A stretch of DNA of 63,946 bases, filler included, from Vicugna vicugna (GCA_013265495.1; 75 parts of 73 records of this genome joined end to end with filler, not necessarily neighbours in it); one strand, 5' to 3'; shown: positions 1 to 12,442, counted from the first letter of the whole stretch. Program-made: numbers and translations. The notes: generated from the sequence alone by a model not told the origin.

Positions 1-557
1 AATTCTATATTCTACATTCTAATTCTGTATTCTATATTCTATGTTCTGACCTGCATTTCATTGTTCTAAAATCTGTGTTCTGAATTCTTTATTCTATATT
101 GTATATTCTGTGTTCTACAATCAATATTCTACATTCTATATGCGGTATTCTGTATTCTATATCCTGTATTCAGTGTTCTGCATTCCATGTTCTAAATTCT
201 GATTTCTGTATTTTTATTCTATATTCTATACTCTGTGTTCTGCATTCGATTTTCTAAATCCTGTATTCTGAATTCTACATTCTATATACGGTGTTCTACA
301 TTCTCTATTCTTAATTCTATATTCTTAATACTTTGTTCTAAATTCTAATCTCGGTGTTATGAATTCCACACTAAATACTTTGTTCTTCATTCTGTATTCT
401 ATATTCAATATTCGGTGTTAATCATTCTGTATGATACATTATATATTATGTATTCTGTTTCCACTATTCTAAATTCTGTGTTCTGGATTCCATATCTAAA
501 TTCTGTGTACTATAATCTGTATTCTATATTCAAATTCTGAGTTCTACATTCTCTATT
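1..557. repeat. Satellite family E (degenerate 7-bp TATTCTA-based), T-rich strand
   Basis: Continuous TATTCTA/CATTCTA/AATTCTG/TGTTCTA heptamer variants. Confidence 0.9.
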
Positions 558-657
558 NNNNNNNNNNNNNNNNNNNNNNNNNNNNNNNNNNNNNNNNNNN
601 NTTAATTAATTAANNNNNNNNNNNNNNNNNNNNNNNNNNNNNNNNNNNNNNNNNNNN
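558..657. other. Artificial scaffold-joining linker N44-TTAATTAATTAA-N44 (first of many copies across the window)
   Basis: Ns 558-601, TTAATTAATTAA 602-613, Ns 614-657. The same 100-bp cassette recurs between unrelated sequences throughout. The palindromic 12-mer gives TAA in all six frames. Confidence 0.98.
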
Positions 658-1019
658 CTGTGGCGTCTCAACCATCCAGGAATGCGGGGCCCCACGCCCT
701 GCATGCCCTACACCCCAGGACACTCCGAGCTCTCCTCTCCTGTCGTTTTATTGAAGCGATCCCACACTCAGCCATTCCCAGCCCAACCCATCTGGGTTCC
801 CAAGGACTGCAGTCCAGCCACCGGCTCATCCATCACCCAGGTTCCATGGGAAGATTGAGCTTGACAAGACCCAAGCCAGCAGCAGGGGAGGACACCTGGC
901 TTGGCTAGAACCTGGGCTCCAGGTTTCCCCGAGAAACCTGCCTGCCCCTGGCCTGAAGCGCTTTCCCACAGACCCATCTGTCTGGTCAGTGTGACGTCCA
1001 GGTGCTCTGCCTGTGTCAA

Positions 1020-1085
1020 TACCAATCTGAATTCAAGTCCTGGCTGGACCACAAATTAACTCACCATAGGACTCTGGGCAAATTT
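1020..1085. mobile_element. Possible MIR SINE core fragment
   Basis: tctgaattcaagtcctggctggaccacaaattaact...ctgggcaaatt resembles the MIR core; short and diverged. Confidence 0.3.
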
Positions 1086-2596
1086 TGTTTGGTTTTTAAC
1101 TTCTTTGAGTTCCCTGCCTCACCTGCAGCTAAACTTTCCAAGGTTCCCCCTTTCTCACTGAAGATAAACCCTGAATCTCGTGGTCCAGCATGTGGCTGNN
1201 NNNNNNNNNNNNNNNNNNNNNNNNNNNNNNNNNNNNNNNNNNTTAATTAATTAANNNNNNNNNNNNNNNNNNNNNNNNNNNNNNNNNNNNNNNNNNNNAA
1301 CAAATATTCTCTCAAGACACATAGTGAGAGTTGGGAGCCCCGGGGAGCTCTGGAATAAGATGTAATCTGAAAGACTGCTGGAAACAAATGGTGTGGAGCT
1401 CGGGCAGCCCCCAGGGCCACCAGCCCTTGTGGTATCACTGATGCCCACATTTCCATCAACAACAGTTTCTTCAGGACATTTATGCACATATAACCATCAC
1501 ACGAAAATGATTGCTTAGACATATTATAAGAGAAATAACATTATGAGAACGCCAAATTCATGACAAGTCTGAGTCAAGACCCCAGAGTATTTACTGGATG
1601 AGATCTCACGTGTGNNNNNNNNNNNNNNNNNNNNNAGGACACAGTAACAGTAGACATTTTCTTTCTTTCCTCCAAGTTGGCTTTACTGGAGAACTCTGTA
1701 GACACAGGAAGACTCTGGATCCCACCTCTACTACTTACACAAAGGGCTCATCACGTGAAGAGGGATCAGTGCTGGTGTGACCGGCACCAAAGTGAGCACT
1801 CCCGTGTCCAGCTCCCCGAGGAGCAGAGCTCCCCCCACAGGAGCAGAGACCCCCAGGAGCAGAGCTCCCCCCACGGGCANNNNNNNNNNNNNNNNNNNNN
1901 NNNNNNNNNNNNNNNNNNNNNNNTTAATTAATTAANNNNNNNNNNNNNNNNNNNNNNNNNNNNNNNNNNNNNNNNNNNNACCGAAATCAACCCTCGAGTC
2001 TCATGACTTTTAACCTAATGAAAGTTTATGTCTTGATTGATTTTACCACAGATGAATTTTTTTTATCAAGCTACCCTTCTCTGTGCTTTCCTGCAAGGAG
2101 TGACCCAGAGAACCGTGCTCTTTCCATTGTGTGGTTATCAAGTGTCATCGTTCTTGATTTTTCAGATGACTGACGGGGAAATAGAATGTGCAGGACATTT
2201 TAGGGGCCTGTCTGAGGGGTGGCTTCCATCACTCCTATCCACGTTCCACTCAATTCCATGGCCAACCAAGTGGAGGGGCACATGATAAAAGATAGTTTCA
2301 GCCACAAACACCAAGTGAGGTTATGATGCTATTAGTGTTTGACTCTTTGTTGTCTAAAGAGAAATTGCCAAGTTGTATGGTTCATTTGGTCTTAAAGAGA
2401 CACCTAGAAGTTTTTGTTCAGCTTGTCACAAAGCTTTGTACCCTCAACAGAGAACTCTGTTAAAATGGAGACATTATCGCACCCTCTTGTTAATCCNNNN
2501 NNNNNNNNNNNNNNNNNNNNNNNNNNNNNNNNNNNNNNNNTTAATTAATTAANNNNNNNNNNNNNNNNNNNNNNNNNNNNNNNNNNNNNNNNNNNN

Positions 2597-3137
2597 CATT
2601 TCCTGGCACAGAGAAATTAGGAAAACCCTCTGGGGAGCCGAACTTAGGCATTCCGTTAGACTCACGCGCTACCGACTGTTGGTGGAATCTTCCCACGCTC
2701 AGGATTCCGGAACCATTGTCAGTGCGTGGGGGAGCTCGAGAGACAACTCCACGCAGCTCTCTTCAGTCACAGGTGTTCCCTGTACGGGGAAGTCCGGGAA
2801 ATAACTTCCCTGAANNNNNNNNNNNNNNNNNNNNNNNNNNNNNNNNNNNNNNNNNNNNNNNNNNNNNNNNNNNNNNNNNNNNNNNNNNNNNNNNNNNNNN
2901 NNNNNNNNNNNNNNNNNNNNNNNNNNNNNNNNNNNNNNNNNNNNNNNNNNNNNNNNNNNNNNNNNNNNNNNNNNNNNNNNNNNNNNNNNNNNNNNNNNNN
3001 NNNNNNNNNGACACCTTCACTCTCTTCAGTCACAGGTTTTCCCTGTTCGTGGTAGTCCAGGAAATACCTTCCCTGATCTTGGGGAGACAGCGTCGGTCAC
3101 TGGGATTGCCTGCAATCACTCCTAGCATTCCCTGGCA
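2597..3137 (+). repeat. Satellite family A (267-bp monomer)
   Basis: Diagnostic motif gagctcgagagacaactccacgcagctctcttcagtcacaggtg (this orientation defined as +); internal gap. Confidence 0.93.
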
Positions 3138-3237
3138 NNNNNNNNNNNNNNNNNNNNNNNNNNNNNNNNNNNNNNNNNNNNTTAATTAATTAANNNNNNN
3201 NNNNNNNNNNNNNNNNNNNNNNNNNNNNNNNNNNNNN

Positions 3238-4024
3238 GGAATACTTAGAAAGGATTATACGCGATGATCAATTGGATTCCTTCCAGAGTCACAAGGATGG
3301 TTCAAAATACACAAGTCAAGCAGCATGACACATATCTTATAAAGGAAGGACAAAATTCACAAAACTATGTCAATACAAAAAATATAAGCATTTGACAAAC
3401 TTCAACATACATTCATCATCAGAATTCTCATGATAGTGAGTACAATGGGAACATCTCTCAACATACTAAAGGCTATTTATAACAATTTATAATACTCAGG
3501 GGAAAGGTTGAAAGCATTCTGGGTAAATTTGTGAACAAGACAATGATTCCTACTCTCACCATTTCTGTTCAATACTAAAAGAAGAAAGGAAAAGGAAAAG
3601 AAAAACAAGAAAAAGAAACACAAAATGGAAAGAAAGAGGCAAAATTCTCACCATGACTGTAGGCATAACAATATACATACAGAGTCCTAAGGTCTCCAAA
3701 CTGACTATTATGAACAACAAATAATTTCATCAAGGGAGCAGGGTACAAGATTAATGTAAAGAAGTCTCTTGAATTTCTACACATTAATAATGAGATACCA
3801 TAAAATGGATGCTGAAATCAATAAAATTTAAAACCACTTTCCCCCGAATGTCTTGGAATAAATGTAACCACATATATGAAAGACCTACACACACTGAAAA
3901 TTAAAAAAAACATTTACAAAGAAATTAAAAATGATTCAAAGAAATGGAAAGATGCCTTGTGCTCTTGGATTGAAAGGGTTAATATTGTTAACATGGCCGT
4001 TCTACACAAAGAAACCTACAGATT
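3238..4024 (+). mobile_element. LINE-1 ORF2 fragment (reverse transcriptase region and downstream), degenerate
   Basis: Translates to ...EIKNDSKKWKDALCSWIERVNIVNMAVLHKETYR, matching the L1 ORF2 [28 protein letters not shown] motif; RT-region DNA upstream; stops and frameshifts. Confidence 0.9.
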
Positions 4025-4124
4025 NNNNNNNNNNNNNNNNNNNNNNNNNNNNNNNNNNNNNNNNNNNNTTAATTAATTAANNNNNNNNNNNNNNNNNNNN
4101 NNNNNNNNNNNNNNNNNNNNNNNN

Positions 4125-5302
4125 TCCCTGGCACAGAGACATTAGGAAAAACATCAGGGGAGACGACCTCAGGCATTCCGTTAGAACCCACGTTCTACCG
4201 ACCGTTGGTGGAACCTCCCCACGCTCAGGATTCCGGAACCATTGTCAGTGCGTGGGGGAGCTCGAGAGACAATTCCACGCAGCTCTCTTCAGTCACAGGT
4301 GTTCCCTGTTCGGGGAANNNNNNNNNNNNNNNNNNNNNNNNNNNNNNNNNNNNNNNNNNNNNNNNNNNNNNNNNNNNNNNNNNNNNNNNNNNNNNNNNNN
4401 NNNNNNNNNNNNNNNNNNNNNNNNNNNNNNNNNNNNNNNNNNNNNNNNNNNNNNNNNNNNNNNNNNNNNNNNNNNNNNNNNNNNNNNNNNNNNNNNNNNN
4501 NNNNNNNNNNNNNNNNNNNNNNNNNNNNNNNNNNNNNNNNNNNNNNNNNNNNNNNNNNNNNNNNNNNNNNNNNNNNNNNNNNNNNNNNNNNNNNNNNNNN
4601 NNNNNNNNNNNNNNNNNNNNNNNNNNNNNNNNNNNNNNNNNNNNNNNNNNNNNNNNNNNNNNNNNNNNNNNNNNNNNNNNNNNNNNNNNNNNNNNNNNNN
4701 NNNNNNNNNNNNNNNNNNNNNNNNNNNNNNNNNNNNNNNNNNNNNNNNNNNNNNNNNNNNNNNNNNNNNNNNNNNNNATCCACGAAGCTCTCTTCAGTCA
4801 CAGGTGTTCCCTGTTCACGGAAGAAAGAGAAACACCTTCCCTGACATTGGGGAGGCAGCCTCTCCATTGGGATATCCTGCAATCACCCCTAGCATTCCCT
4901 GGCACAGAGACATTAGGAAAACCCTCAGGGGAGACGAGCTTAGGCATTCCGTTAGAACCCACGCTCTGCCTACCGTTGGTGGAACATCCCCACACTCAGG
5001 ATTCTGGAAACTTTGTCAGTGCGAGGGTGAGCTCGAGAGAAAACTCCACGCAGCTCTCTTCAGTCACAGGTGTTCCCTGATCGGGAAACCCAAAAAATAA
5101 CTTCCCTGAACTTGGGGAGGCAGCCTCTGACACTGAGATTTCCTGCAATCACCCCTAGCATTCCCTGTCACCGAGACATTAGGAAAAACCTCAGGGGAGA
5201 CGAGCTAAGTCATTCCGTTAAAACCCACGCGCTGCCGACCGTTGGGGTAACCTCCCAACGCTCAGGATTCCGAAAAAATTGTCAGTGCGTGGGGGATCTC
5301 GA
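4125..5302 (+). repeat. Satellite family A (267-bp monomer)
   Basis: Several tandem copies of the A monomer; internal gap. Confidence 0.95.
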
Positions 5303-5402
5303 NNNNNNNNNNNNNNNNNNNNNNNNNNNNNNNNNNNNNNNNNNNNTTAATTAATTAANNNNNNNNNNNNNNNNNNNNNNNNNNNNNNNNNNNNNNNNNN
5401 NN

Positions 5403-5436
<34 letters not shown>

Positions 5437-5470
5437 CACGCACACACACACATATCACTATATATATGCA
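5403..5470. repeat. (TA)n/(CA)n microsatellite
   Basis: Direct reading. Confidence 0.85.
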
Positions 5471-5601
5471 CATGTAATTTTAACTATTATAAAAACCCAA
5501 TACATAATAATTTGTAGACCATCTTTCTTATCTTTCAATAAATTGTTGACATATTCCCTGTATTACCATATCAAATTGTATTTGATGCCTACATAGTATT
5601 T

Positions 5602-5948
5602 CTTTTTTTTAATTTTATTTTATTGAGTTATAGTCAGTTTACAATGTTGTGTCAAATTCCAGTGTAGAGCACAATTTTTCAACTATACATGAACATATGT
5701 ATATTCATTGTCACATTTTTTTTTTTGCCGTGAGCTACCACAAGATCTTGTATATATTTCCCTGTGCTGCACAGTATAATTTTGTTCATCTATTCTGCAT
5801 ATGCCTGTCAGTATCTATAAATTTCAAACTCCCAGTCTGTCCCTTCCCACCCCCTGCTAATGCTACATTGGCAACCACAAGTCTGTATTCTAAGTCTATG
5901 AGTCTATTTCTGTTTTGTATTTATGTTCATTTTTTTCCTTAGATTCCA
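5602..5948 (-). mobile_element. LINE-1 3' end (3'UTR and poly-A), artiodactyl-type
   Basis: T-rich tail, then ttattgagttatagtcagtttacaatgttgtg...ccctgtgctgcacagta...ggcaaccacaagtctgtattc...tagattcca, typical antisense L1 3'UTR. Confidence 0.8.
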
Positions 5949-6048
5949 NNNNNNNNNNNNNNNNNNNNNNNNNNNNNNNNNNNNNNNNNNNNTTAATTAA
6001 TTAANNNNNNNNNNNNNNNNNNNNNNNNNNNNNNNNNNNNNNNNNNNN

Positions 6049-6807
6049 TTATCTCAAGCATCTTTACTGACCACAATGCAATTAAACCTGGAATTCAACT
6101 ACTGAGAAACAAAGGAGAAAAAAAGGAAAGCATAGAGATTAAGCAACATGCTATTAAAAAACCAATGGGTCAATGATGAAATCAAAGTTGAAATTAAAGA
6201 ATACCTTGAGACAAAGGGAAATGAAAACACAACCAAACAAAGCTTATGGGATGCAGCAAAAGCAGTGCTAAGAGGAAAGTTTAGGGCGATACAGGCTTTC
6301 CTCAAAAAAGAAGAACAATATCAAATAAACAATCTAACCCACCAAATAAAAGAACTAGAAACAGAAGAACAAAAACACCCAAAAGTCAGCAGAAGGAAGG
6401 AAATAAAAAAGATCATTGAGGAAATAAATAAAATAGAGACTAAAAAAAAAAATTAAGAAAATAATCAATCAAACCAAAAGCTAGATTGACAAACCTCTGG
6501 CAAAATCACAAAGAAGAAAAAAGAGAGCACAAATTTGCAAAATAAGAAAGGAAAATGGAGAAATTACAACAAATAACATAGAAATACAGAATATCATATG
6601 AGGATATCATGGAAAACTACATGGAAAAAAATGGATAACCTAGAGGAGATGGACAAGTTTCTGCAAACATACAGTCCACCAAAACCAAGACTGAATCAAG
6701 AAAATACTGACCACTTGAACAAACCAATCACTTGGATTGAAATCGAATTAACAATAAAAAACAAACCTCCCTAGGAATAAAAGTCCGGGATTGGACAGCT
6801 TCACCAG
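6049..6807 (+). mobile_element. LINE-1 ORF2 fragment (end of endonuclease through linker toward RT)
   Basis: ORF 6148-6456 MLLKNQWVNDEIKVEIKEYLETKGNENTTKQSLWDAAKAVLRGKFRAIQA matches L1 ORF2; frameshift at poly-A near 6450; continues to a DNLEEMDKFL motif. Confidence 0.95.
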
Positions 6808-6907
6808 NNNNNNNNNNNNNNNNNNNNNNNNNNNNNNNNNNNNNNNNNNNNTTAATTAATTAANNNNNNNNNNNNNNNNNNNNNNNNNNNNNNNNNNNNN
6901 NNNNNNN

Positions 6908-7870
6908 GTTCATCCAGGACAAAGGGAAAGGTTTGCAGGAGAAACACTTACTTTGGGTTCTCAGTTTGTTTCCTAGTGCAGGTTTGAAATGCCTGCCTTT
7001 TTCACTGTAAAACCGAGTTGGGGCTTGTACTTCCCCATATATATGTATGGAGTGGCGTTGGCAACTGAAAAGAAACTTTGTGTTCCCTTCAAGCTAGGTG
7101 AAGGACGGCTTTCACACACACTTATCTCTCAGAACTGAGCATGTGGAGAGACGTTCGTTCATCCAGCACAAAGGGAACGGNNNNNNNNNNNNNNNNNNNN
7201 NNNNNNNNNNNNNNNNNNNNNNNNNNNNNNNNNNNNNNNNNNNNNNNNNNNNNNNNNNNNNNNNNNNNNNNNNNNNNNNNNNNNNNNNNNNNNNNNNNNN
7301 NNNNNNNNNNNNNNNNNNNNNNNNNNNNNNNNNNNNNNNNNNNNNNNNNNNNNNNNNNNNNNNNNNNNNNNNNNNNNNNNNNNNNNNNNNNNNGTTCATC
7401 CAGCACAAAGGAACGGGTTGCAGGAAAAACACTTACTCTGTGTTCTGTCTGTTTCCTAGTGCCGGTTTGAAGTGCCTGCCGTTTTCACTGTAAAACGGAG
7501 TTGGGGCTTGTACCACCCCTTATATATGTACCGAGTTGTGCTGGCAACAGAAAAGAAACTTTGTGTTCCCTTCAAGTAAGGTGAAGTACGGCTTTCACAC
7601 ACACTTATCTCTCAGAACTGAGCATGTGGAGAGACGTTCGTTCATCCAGCACAAAGGGAACGGGTTGCAGGAGAAACACTTACTCTGTGTTCTCAGTCTG
7701 TTTCCTAGTGTCGGTTTGAAGTGCCTGCCGTTTTCACTGTAAAACCGAGTTGGGGCTTGTACCTCCCCATATATATATATGGAGTGGACTTGTCAACTGG
7801 AAAGAAACTTTTTGTTCCCTTCAATCTCCGTGAAGGTCGACTTTCACACACACTTATCTCTCAGAACTGA
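6908..7870 (+). repeat. Satellite family B, subfamily B1 (249-bp monomer)
   Basis: gttcatcc at 6908 and 7157, ctttcacac at 7592 and 7841: period 249. Confidence 0.95.
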
Positions 7871-7970
7871 NNNNNNNNNNNNNNNNNNNNNNNNNNNNNN
7901 NNNNNNNNNNNNNNTTAATTAATTAANNNNNNNNNNNNNNNNNNNNNNNNNNNNNNNNNNNNNNNNNNNN

Positions 7971-8473
7971 TACACGTGTCTAGATGAAATTATTCCTTTT
8001 ATACAGGATGAAAGAATAGTAATCAACATGCTCTCAACTCAGGAATGTATGTTTGTGGAATCCGTCATGTATGTAGCATGTACGGAACATGGAATATCAT
8101 GTAGATGGAATCTATTCAAATTACATATCTCTAGGGAAGAATTCGCTCCAAGAGGGTTTTTGTGCGATCAAAGTGTGATTCTTGAAACTGGTGATAGGAA
8201 GAAGATACAAACTCAAAGTAAATATTTCNNNNNNNNNNNNNNNNNNNNNNNNNNNNNNNNNNNNNNNNNNNNNNNNNNNNNNNNNNNNCATGTTTGAGGA
8301 ATCCGTGATGCATGAAACATGCTCATATTACGGAATTCCATGCTTATGTAAACAATGTAAACTACATGTGTATTTGTTAGAATTCGCTCAAAGAGTGTTT
8401 TCTGGTGCCAGTTGTCCGATTTAAAACATGGTGATAGAAAAACCTATGAAGTCAGAGTAAATATTTCTAAGTC
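7971..8473. repeat. Satellite family C (AT-rich trimeric HOR)
   Basis: catgctctcaactcaggaatgtatgtttgtggaatccgtcatg motif shared with other C scaffolds. Confidence 0.92.
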
Positions 8474-8573
8474 NNNNNNNNNNNNNNNNNNNNNNNNNNN
8501 NNNNNNNNNNNNNNNNNTTAATTAATTAANNNNNNNNNNNNNNNNNNNNNNNNNNNNNNNNNNNNNNNNNNNN

Positions 8574-8975
8574 TATATATGAGGAGGTACAAGTTCCAAC
8601 TACGGTTTACAGTGAAAAGTGTAGGAAGTACAAACCAGCACAAGGAAACAAATTGAGAAACAGAGTAAGTGTTTCTCCTGCAACCTGTTCCCTTTGTGCT
8701 AGATGAACGAATGTCTCTCCACATGCTCATTTTTCAGAGATAAGCGTGTATGAATGCCGTCCTTCTACAAGCTTGTTGTGAAAACAAAGTTTCTCTTCAG
8801 TTGCAAAGTCCACTACATACATATATTTGGGGAGTTGCAACCTCCAACAAAGCCGTCCTTAGCTTGTTGGGAACACAAAGTTTCTCTTCAGTTGCAAACT
8901 CCACTCCATACATATACATGGGGAGGTACAAGCTCCAACTCGGTTTTACAGTGAAAACTGCAGGAACTTCACTTC
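8574..8975 (-). repeat. Satellite family B, subfamily B2, with ~96-bp internal duplication
   Basis: Reverse-complement B monomer with B2-diagnostic aaactgcaggaacttc and tgttgggaacacaaagtttctcttc. Confidence 0.9.
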
Positions 8976-9075
8976 NNNNNNNNNNNNNNNNNNNNNNNNN
9001 NNNNNNNNNNNNNNNNNNNTTAATTAATTAANNNNNNNNNNNNNNNNNNNNNNNNNNNNNNNNNNNNNNNNNNNN

Positions 9076-9646
9076 GGGACTAGGAAACAGACTGAGAAAC
9101 CGGAATAAGTGTTCCTCCTGCAACCTTTTCCCTTTGTGCTAGATGAACGAACGTCTGTCCACATATTCACTTTCGAGAGTTAAGCGTGTGTGAAAGCCGT
9201 ACTTAACCTAGGTTGTTGGGAACACAAAGTTTCTCTTCATTTGCAAACATCACAACATACATATATTTGGGGAGGTACAAGCTACACCTCGGTTTTACAC
9301 TGAAAACTGCAGGAACTTCAAACCTGTACTACGAAACACACAAAAAAACCCGAGAAAGTGCTTCTCCTAAAACACTTCCATTTGTGCTAGATGAACGAAC
9401 GTCTCTCCACATGCTCAGTTTTGAGAGTTAAGCATGTGTGAAAACCGTCCTACACCTAGCATGTTGGGATCACAAAGTTTCTCTTCAGTTGCAAACTCCA
9501 CTACATACATACATATAGCGAGGTACAGGCTCCAACTCGGTTATACAGTGAAAGCTGCAGGAACTTCAAACTGGCTCAAGGAAACAGACAGAGAAACAAG
9601 GGTAAGTGTTTATCCTGCAACCTGTTCCCTTTGTGCTAGATGAACG
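9076..9646 (-). repeat. Satellite family B, subfamily B2 (248-249-bp monomer)
   Basis: agatgaacg at 9141, 9389, 9638. Confidence 0.93.
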
Positions 9647-9746
9647 NNNNNNNNNNNNNNNNNNNNNNNNNNNNNNNNNNNNNNNNNNNNTTAATTAATT
9701 AANNNNNNNNNNNNNNNNNNNNNNNNNNNNNNNNNNNNNNNNNNNN

Positions 9747-10414
9747 TGTAGCATCCCAAACTTAACTGGAGATTAAAAGAACTTTAATTAGAAATTGATA
9801 CTTGGGGAGCTTGTTAAAAGATTTCAGAACACTTGGTCAGATAAACATATAGATCACTGTAAAGTAGTACTAATTCATTAACAAGAAAATACGTCAAAGG
9901 TAAAGGCAGAACAGATCAGCTAAGTGGTATAAGAAGTTTTACAATCTGTTACTGAATGTGGATTGACATTTTAAGAAAATTTTTTCCTCTTAACAGAGAG
10001 AAAACCAAACCTAGTCTTGTACCAGCTTACTTCTAAGATTCACTTACGTTGCCCAATTTGATTCTAAACTAAGCCAATTCTGACCACGTACAAAACACTT
10101 TCCTCAGGTTTCCTTTTCCACAAGCCTTCCACAGATTTCTATACTCATATTAGTGTGTCCCTTATTTTCTCTTCCATTCAGAAGTAAAGCTTCAGGAGAA
10201 AGTCACTATTTTTCATTAACAAAATATAATTCCATTCTTATATCTTCCTTTACACATTTATATTACTTTCCTAGGATACTGAGATCATTCCCTTACTAAT
10301 AGAGACTTTCTCGGTGTGGCACCAACCATTTATTAATATTTCTAAACACCTTTAGTTTCATTGTAAGAAGAAGTTAAATATTAAGTAATTCATATTTCAA
10401 TCTTATTTTATCTC
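9747..10414. mobile_element. Possible ERV1-class (MER4-like) AT-rich internal fragment
   Basis: Compositional and motif resemblance to non-coding ERV1 internal regions; no ORF; not verified. Confidence 0.35.
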
Positions 10415-10514
10415 NNNNNNNNNNNNNNNNNNNNNNNNNNNNNNNNNNNNNNNNNNNNTTAATTAATTAANNNNNNNNNNNNNNNNNNNNNNNNNNNNNN
10501 NNNNNNNNNNNNNN

Positions 10515-11257
10515 AATTGGAACACTTCTGCCCCCATTCATCTGCGTGGACTGGGTCTCAACAACAACCACACACACAAGGCTGCGATCCGGAATCCTGA
10601 ATGTGTGGAAGTTCCTCCAAATGACAGCAGCGCCTGCGTTCTAATAGAATAACTCAGCTTGTATTCCATGAGTGTTTCCCTAGGCCGGGCTGTGAGCGAA
10701 AGCTGGGGGTTGGGCTTGGAGGCCAAGTAGCAGCTTGTGCCACCGATTGACTGAGGATGTTCTTAGAGACTCCCCTCCCGCGGAACACTTGTGTCACCAT
10801 TCATCTGCGTAGATTGGAGCTGCACAACTCCCCCACACACAAGAGTTTCTCCGGAGTCCTAAGTGTTGGGAAGTTCCTCCAAGTGACAGCAGCAACCGGG
10901 TTTTATACAATACCTTAGATTGTATTTCCTGATGGCTTGTCCTGCCAGGAGTGCGGAGGAAATTGGAGGTTGGGCTCTAAAACGAAGTATTAACGAGTGC
11001 NNNNNNNNNNNNNNNNNNNNNNNNNNNNNNNNNNNNNNNNNNNNNNNNNNNNNNNNNNNNNNNNNNNNNNNNNNNNNNNNNNNNNNNNNNNNNNNNNNNN
11101 NNNNNNNNNNNNNNNNNNNNNNNNNNNNNNNNNNNNNNNNNNNNNNNNNNNNNNNNNNNNNNNNNNNNNNNNNNNNNNNNNNNNNNNNNNNNNNNNNGGG
11201 CTTTGAGGGAATGTGGGGGTTGGGCTGTAAAGCCAAGTAATATCCAGTGACTCTCTA
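10515..11257 (-). repeat. Satellite family D, diverged monomer types
   Basis: gttcctccaaatgacagcagcgcctgcgttctaatagaat is the reverse complement of the D core. Confidence 0.88.
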
Positions 11258-11357
11258 NNNNNNNNNNNNNNNNNNNNNNNNNNNNNNNNNNNNNNNNNNN
11301 NTTAATTAATTAANNNNNNNNNNNNNNNNNNNNNNNNNNNNNNNNNNNNNNNNNNNN

Positions 11358-12342
11358 AGGTTCCACCAACGGTCGGCAGCGCGTGGGTTCTAATGGAATA
11401 CCAAAGCTCGTATCCCCTGAGGGTTTTCCTATTGTCTCTGTGCCAGAGAATGCTAGGGGTGATTGCAGGATATCCCAGTGACCGAGGCTGCCTCCCCAAG
11501 GTCAGGGAAGGTATTTCCCGGACTTCCCCGGACAGGGAACACCTGTGACTGANNNNNNNNNNNNNNNNNNNNNNNNNNNNNNNNNNNNNNNNNNNNNNNN
11601 NNNNNNNNNNNNNNNNNNNNNNNNNNNNNNNNNNNNNNNNNNNNNNNNNNNNNNNNNNNNNNNNNNNNNNNNNNNNNNNNNNNNNNNNNNNNNNNNNNNN
11701 NNNNNNNNNNNNNNNNNNNNNNNNNNNNNNNNNNNNNNNNNNNNNNNNNNNNNNNNNNNNNNNNNNNNNNNNNNNNNNNNNNNNNNNNNNNNNNNNNNNN
11801 NNNNNNNNNNNNNNNNNNNNNNNNNNNNNNNNNNNNNNNNNNNNNNNNNNNNNNNNNNNNNNNNNNNNNNNNNNNNNNNNNNNNNNNNNNNNNNNNNNNN
11901 NNNNNNNNNNNNNNNNNNNNNNNNNNNNNNNNNNNNNNNNNNNNNNNNNNNNNNNNNNNNNNNNNNNNNNNNNNNNNNNNNNNNNGTGCCAGGGAAAGGC
12001 TGATTGCAGGATATCCCAGTGTCAGAAGCTGCCTCCCTAAGGTAAGGGAAGGTGTTTCCCGGACTTCCCCGAACAGGGAACACCTGTGACTGAAGAGAGC
12101 TGCGTGGAGTTGTCTCTCGAGCTCCCCCACGCACTGACAATGGTTCCGGAATCCTAAGCATGGGGAGGTTACACCAACGTTCGCAGCGCGTCGTTTCTAA
12201 CGGAATGCCTAAGCTCGTCTCCCCTGCGGCTTTTCCTAATGTCTCTGTGCCAGGGTATGCTAGGGGTGATTGCAGGATATCACAGTGTAAGGGGCTTCCT
12301 CTCCAAAGTCAGGGAAGTTATTTCTCGGACTTCCCCGAACAG
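11358..12342 (-). repeat. Satellite family A
   Basis: Reverse-complement A monomers. Confidence 0.95.
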
Positions 12343-12442
12343 NNNNNNNNNNNNNNNNNNNNNNNNNNNNNNNNNNNNNNNNNNNNTTAATTAATTAANN
12401 NNNNNNNNNNNNNNNNNNNNNNNNNNNNNNNNNNNNNNNNNN

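Noticed and set aside
602..613. Regularly recurring TTAATTAATTAA as a CRISPR-like repeat, integron attC-like site or homeobox element
   Set aside because: Always flanked by about 44 Ns on each side; a synthetic six-frame-stop linker, not genomic DNA
1820..1879. Short ggagcagagctccccccac repeats (and the caggagccatgctgattctcct pair near 62009-62058)
   Set aside because: Ordinary two- to three-copy minisatellite-like duplications, with no further structure visible
4205..5100. Long ORFs containing X-runs (also 16514-17553, 33624-34896, 53000-53842 and others)
   Set aside because: They are open only because Ns translate without stops; the flanks are satellite DNA
6148..6456. Host CDS of 102 aa
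   Set aside because: Fragment of LINE-1 ORF2 with a downstream frameshift
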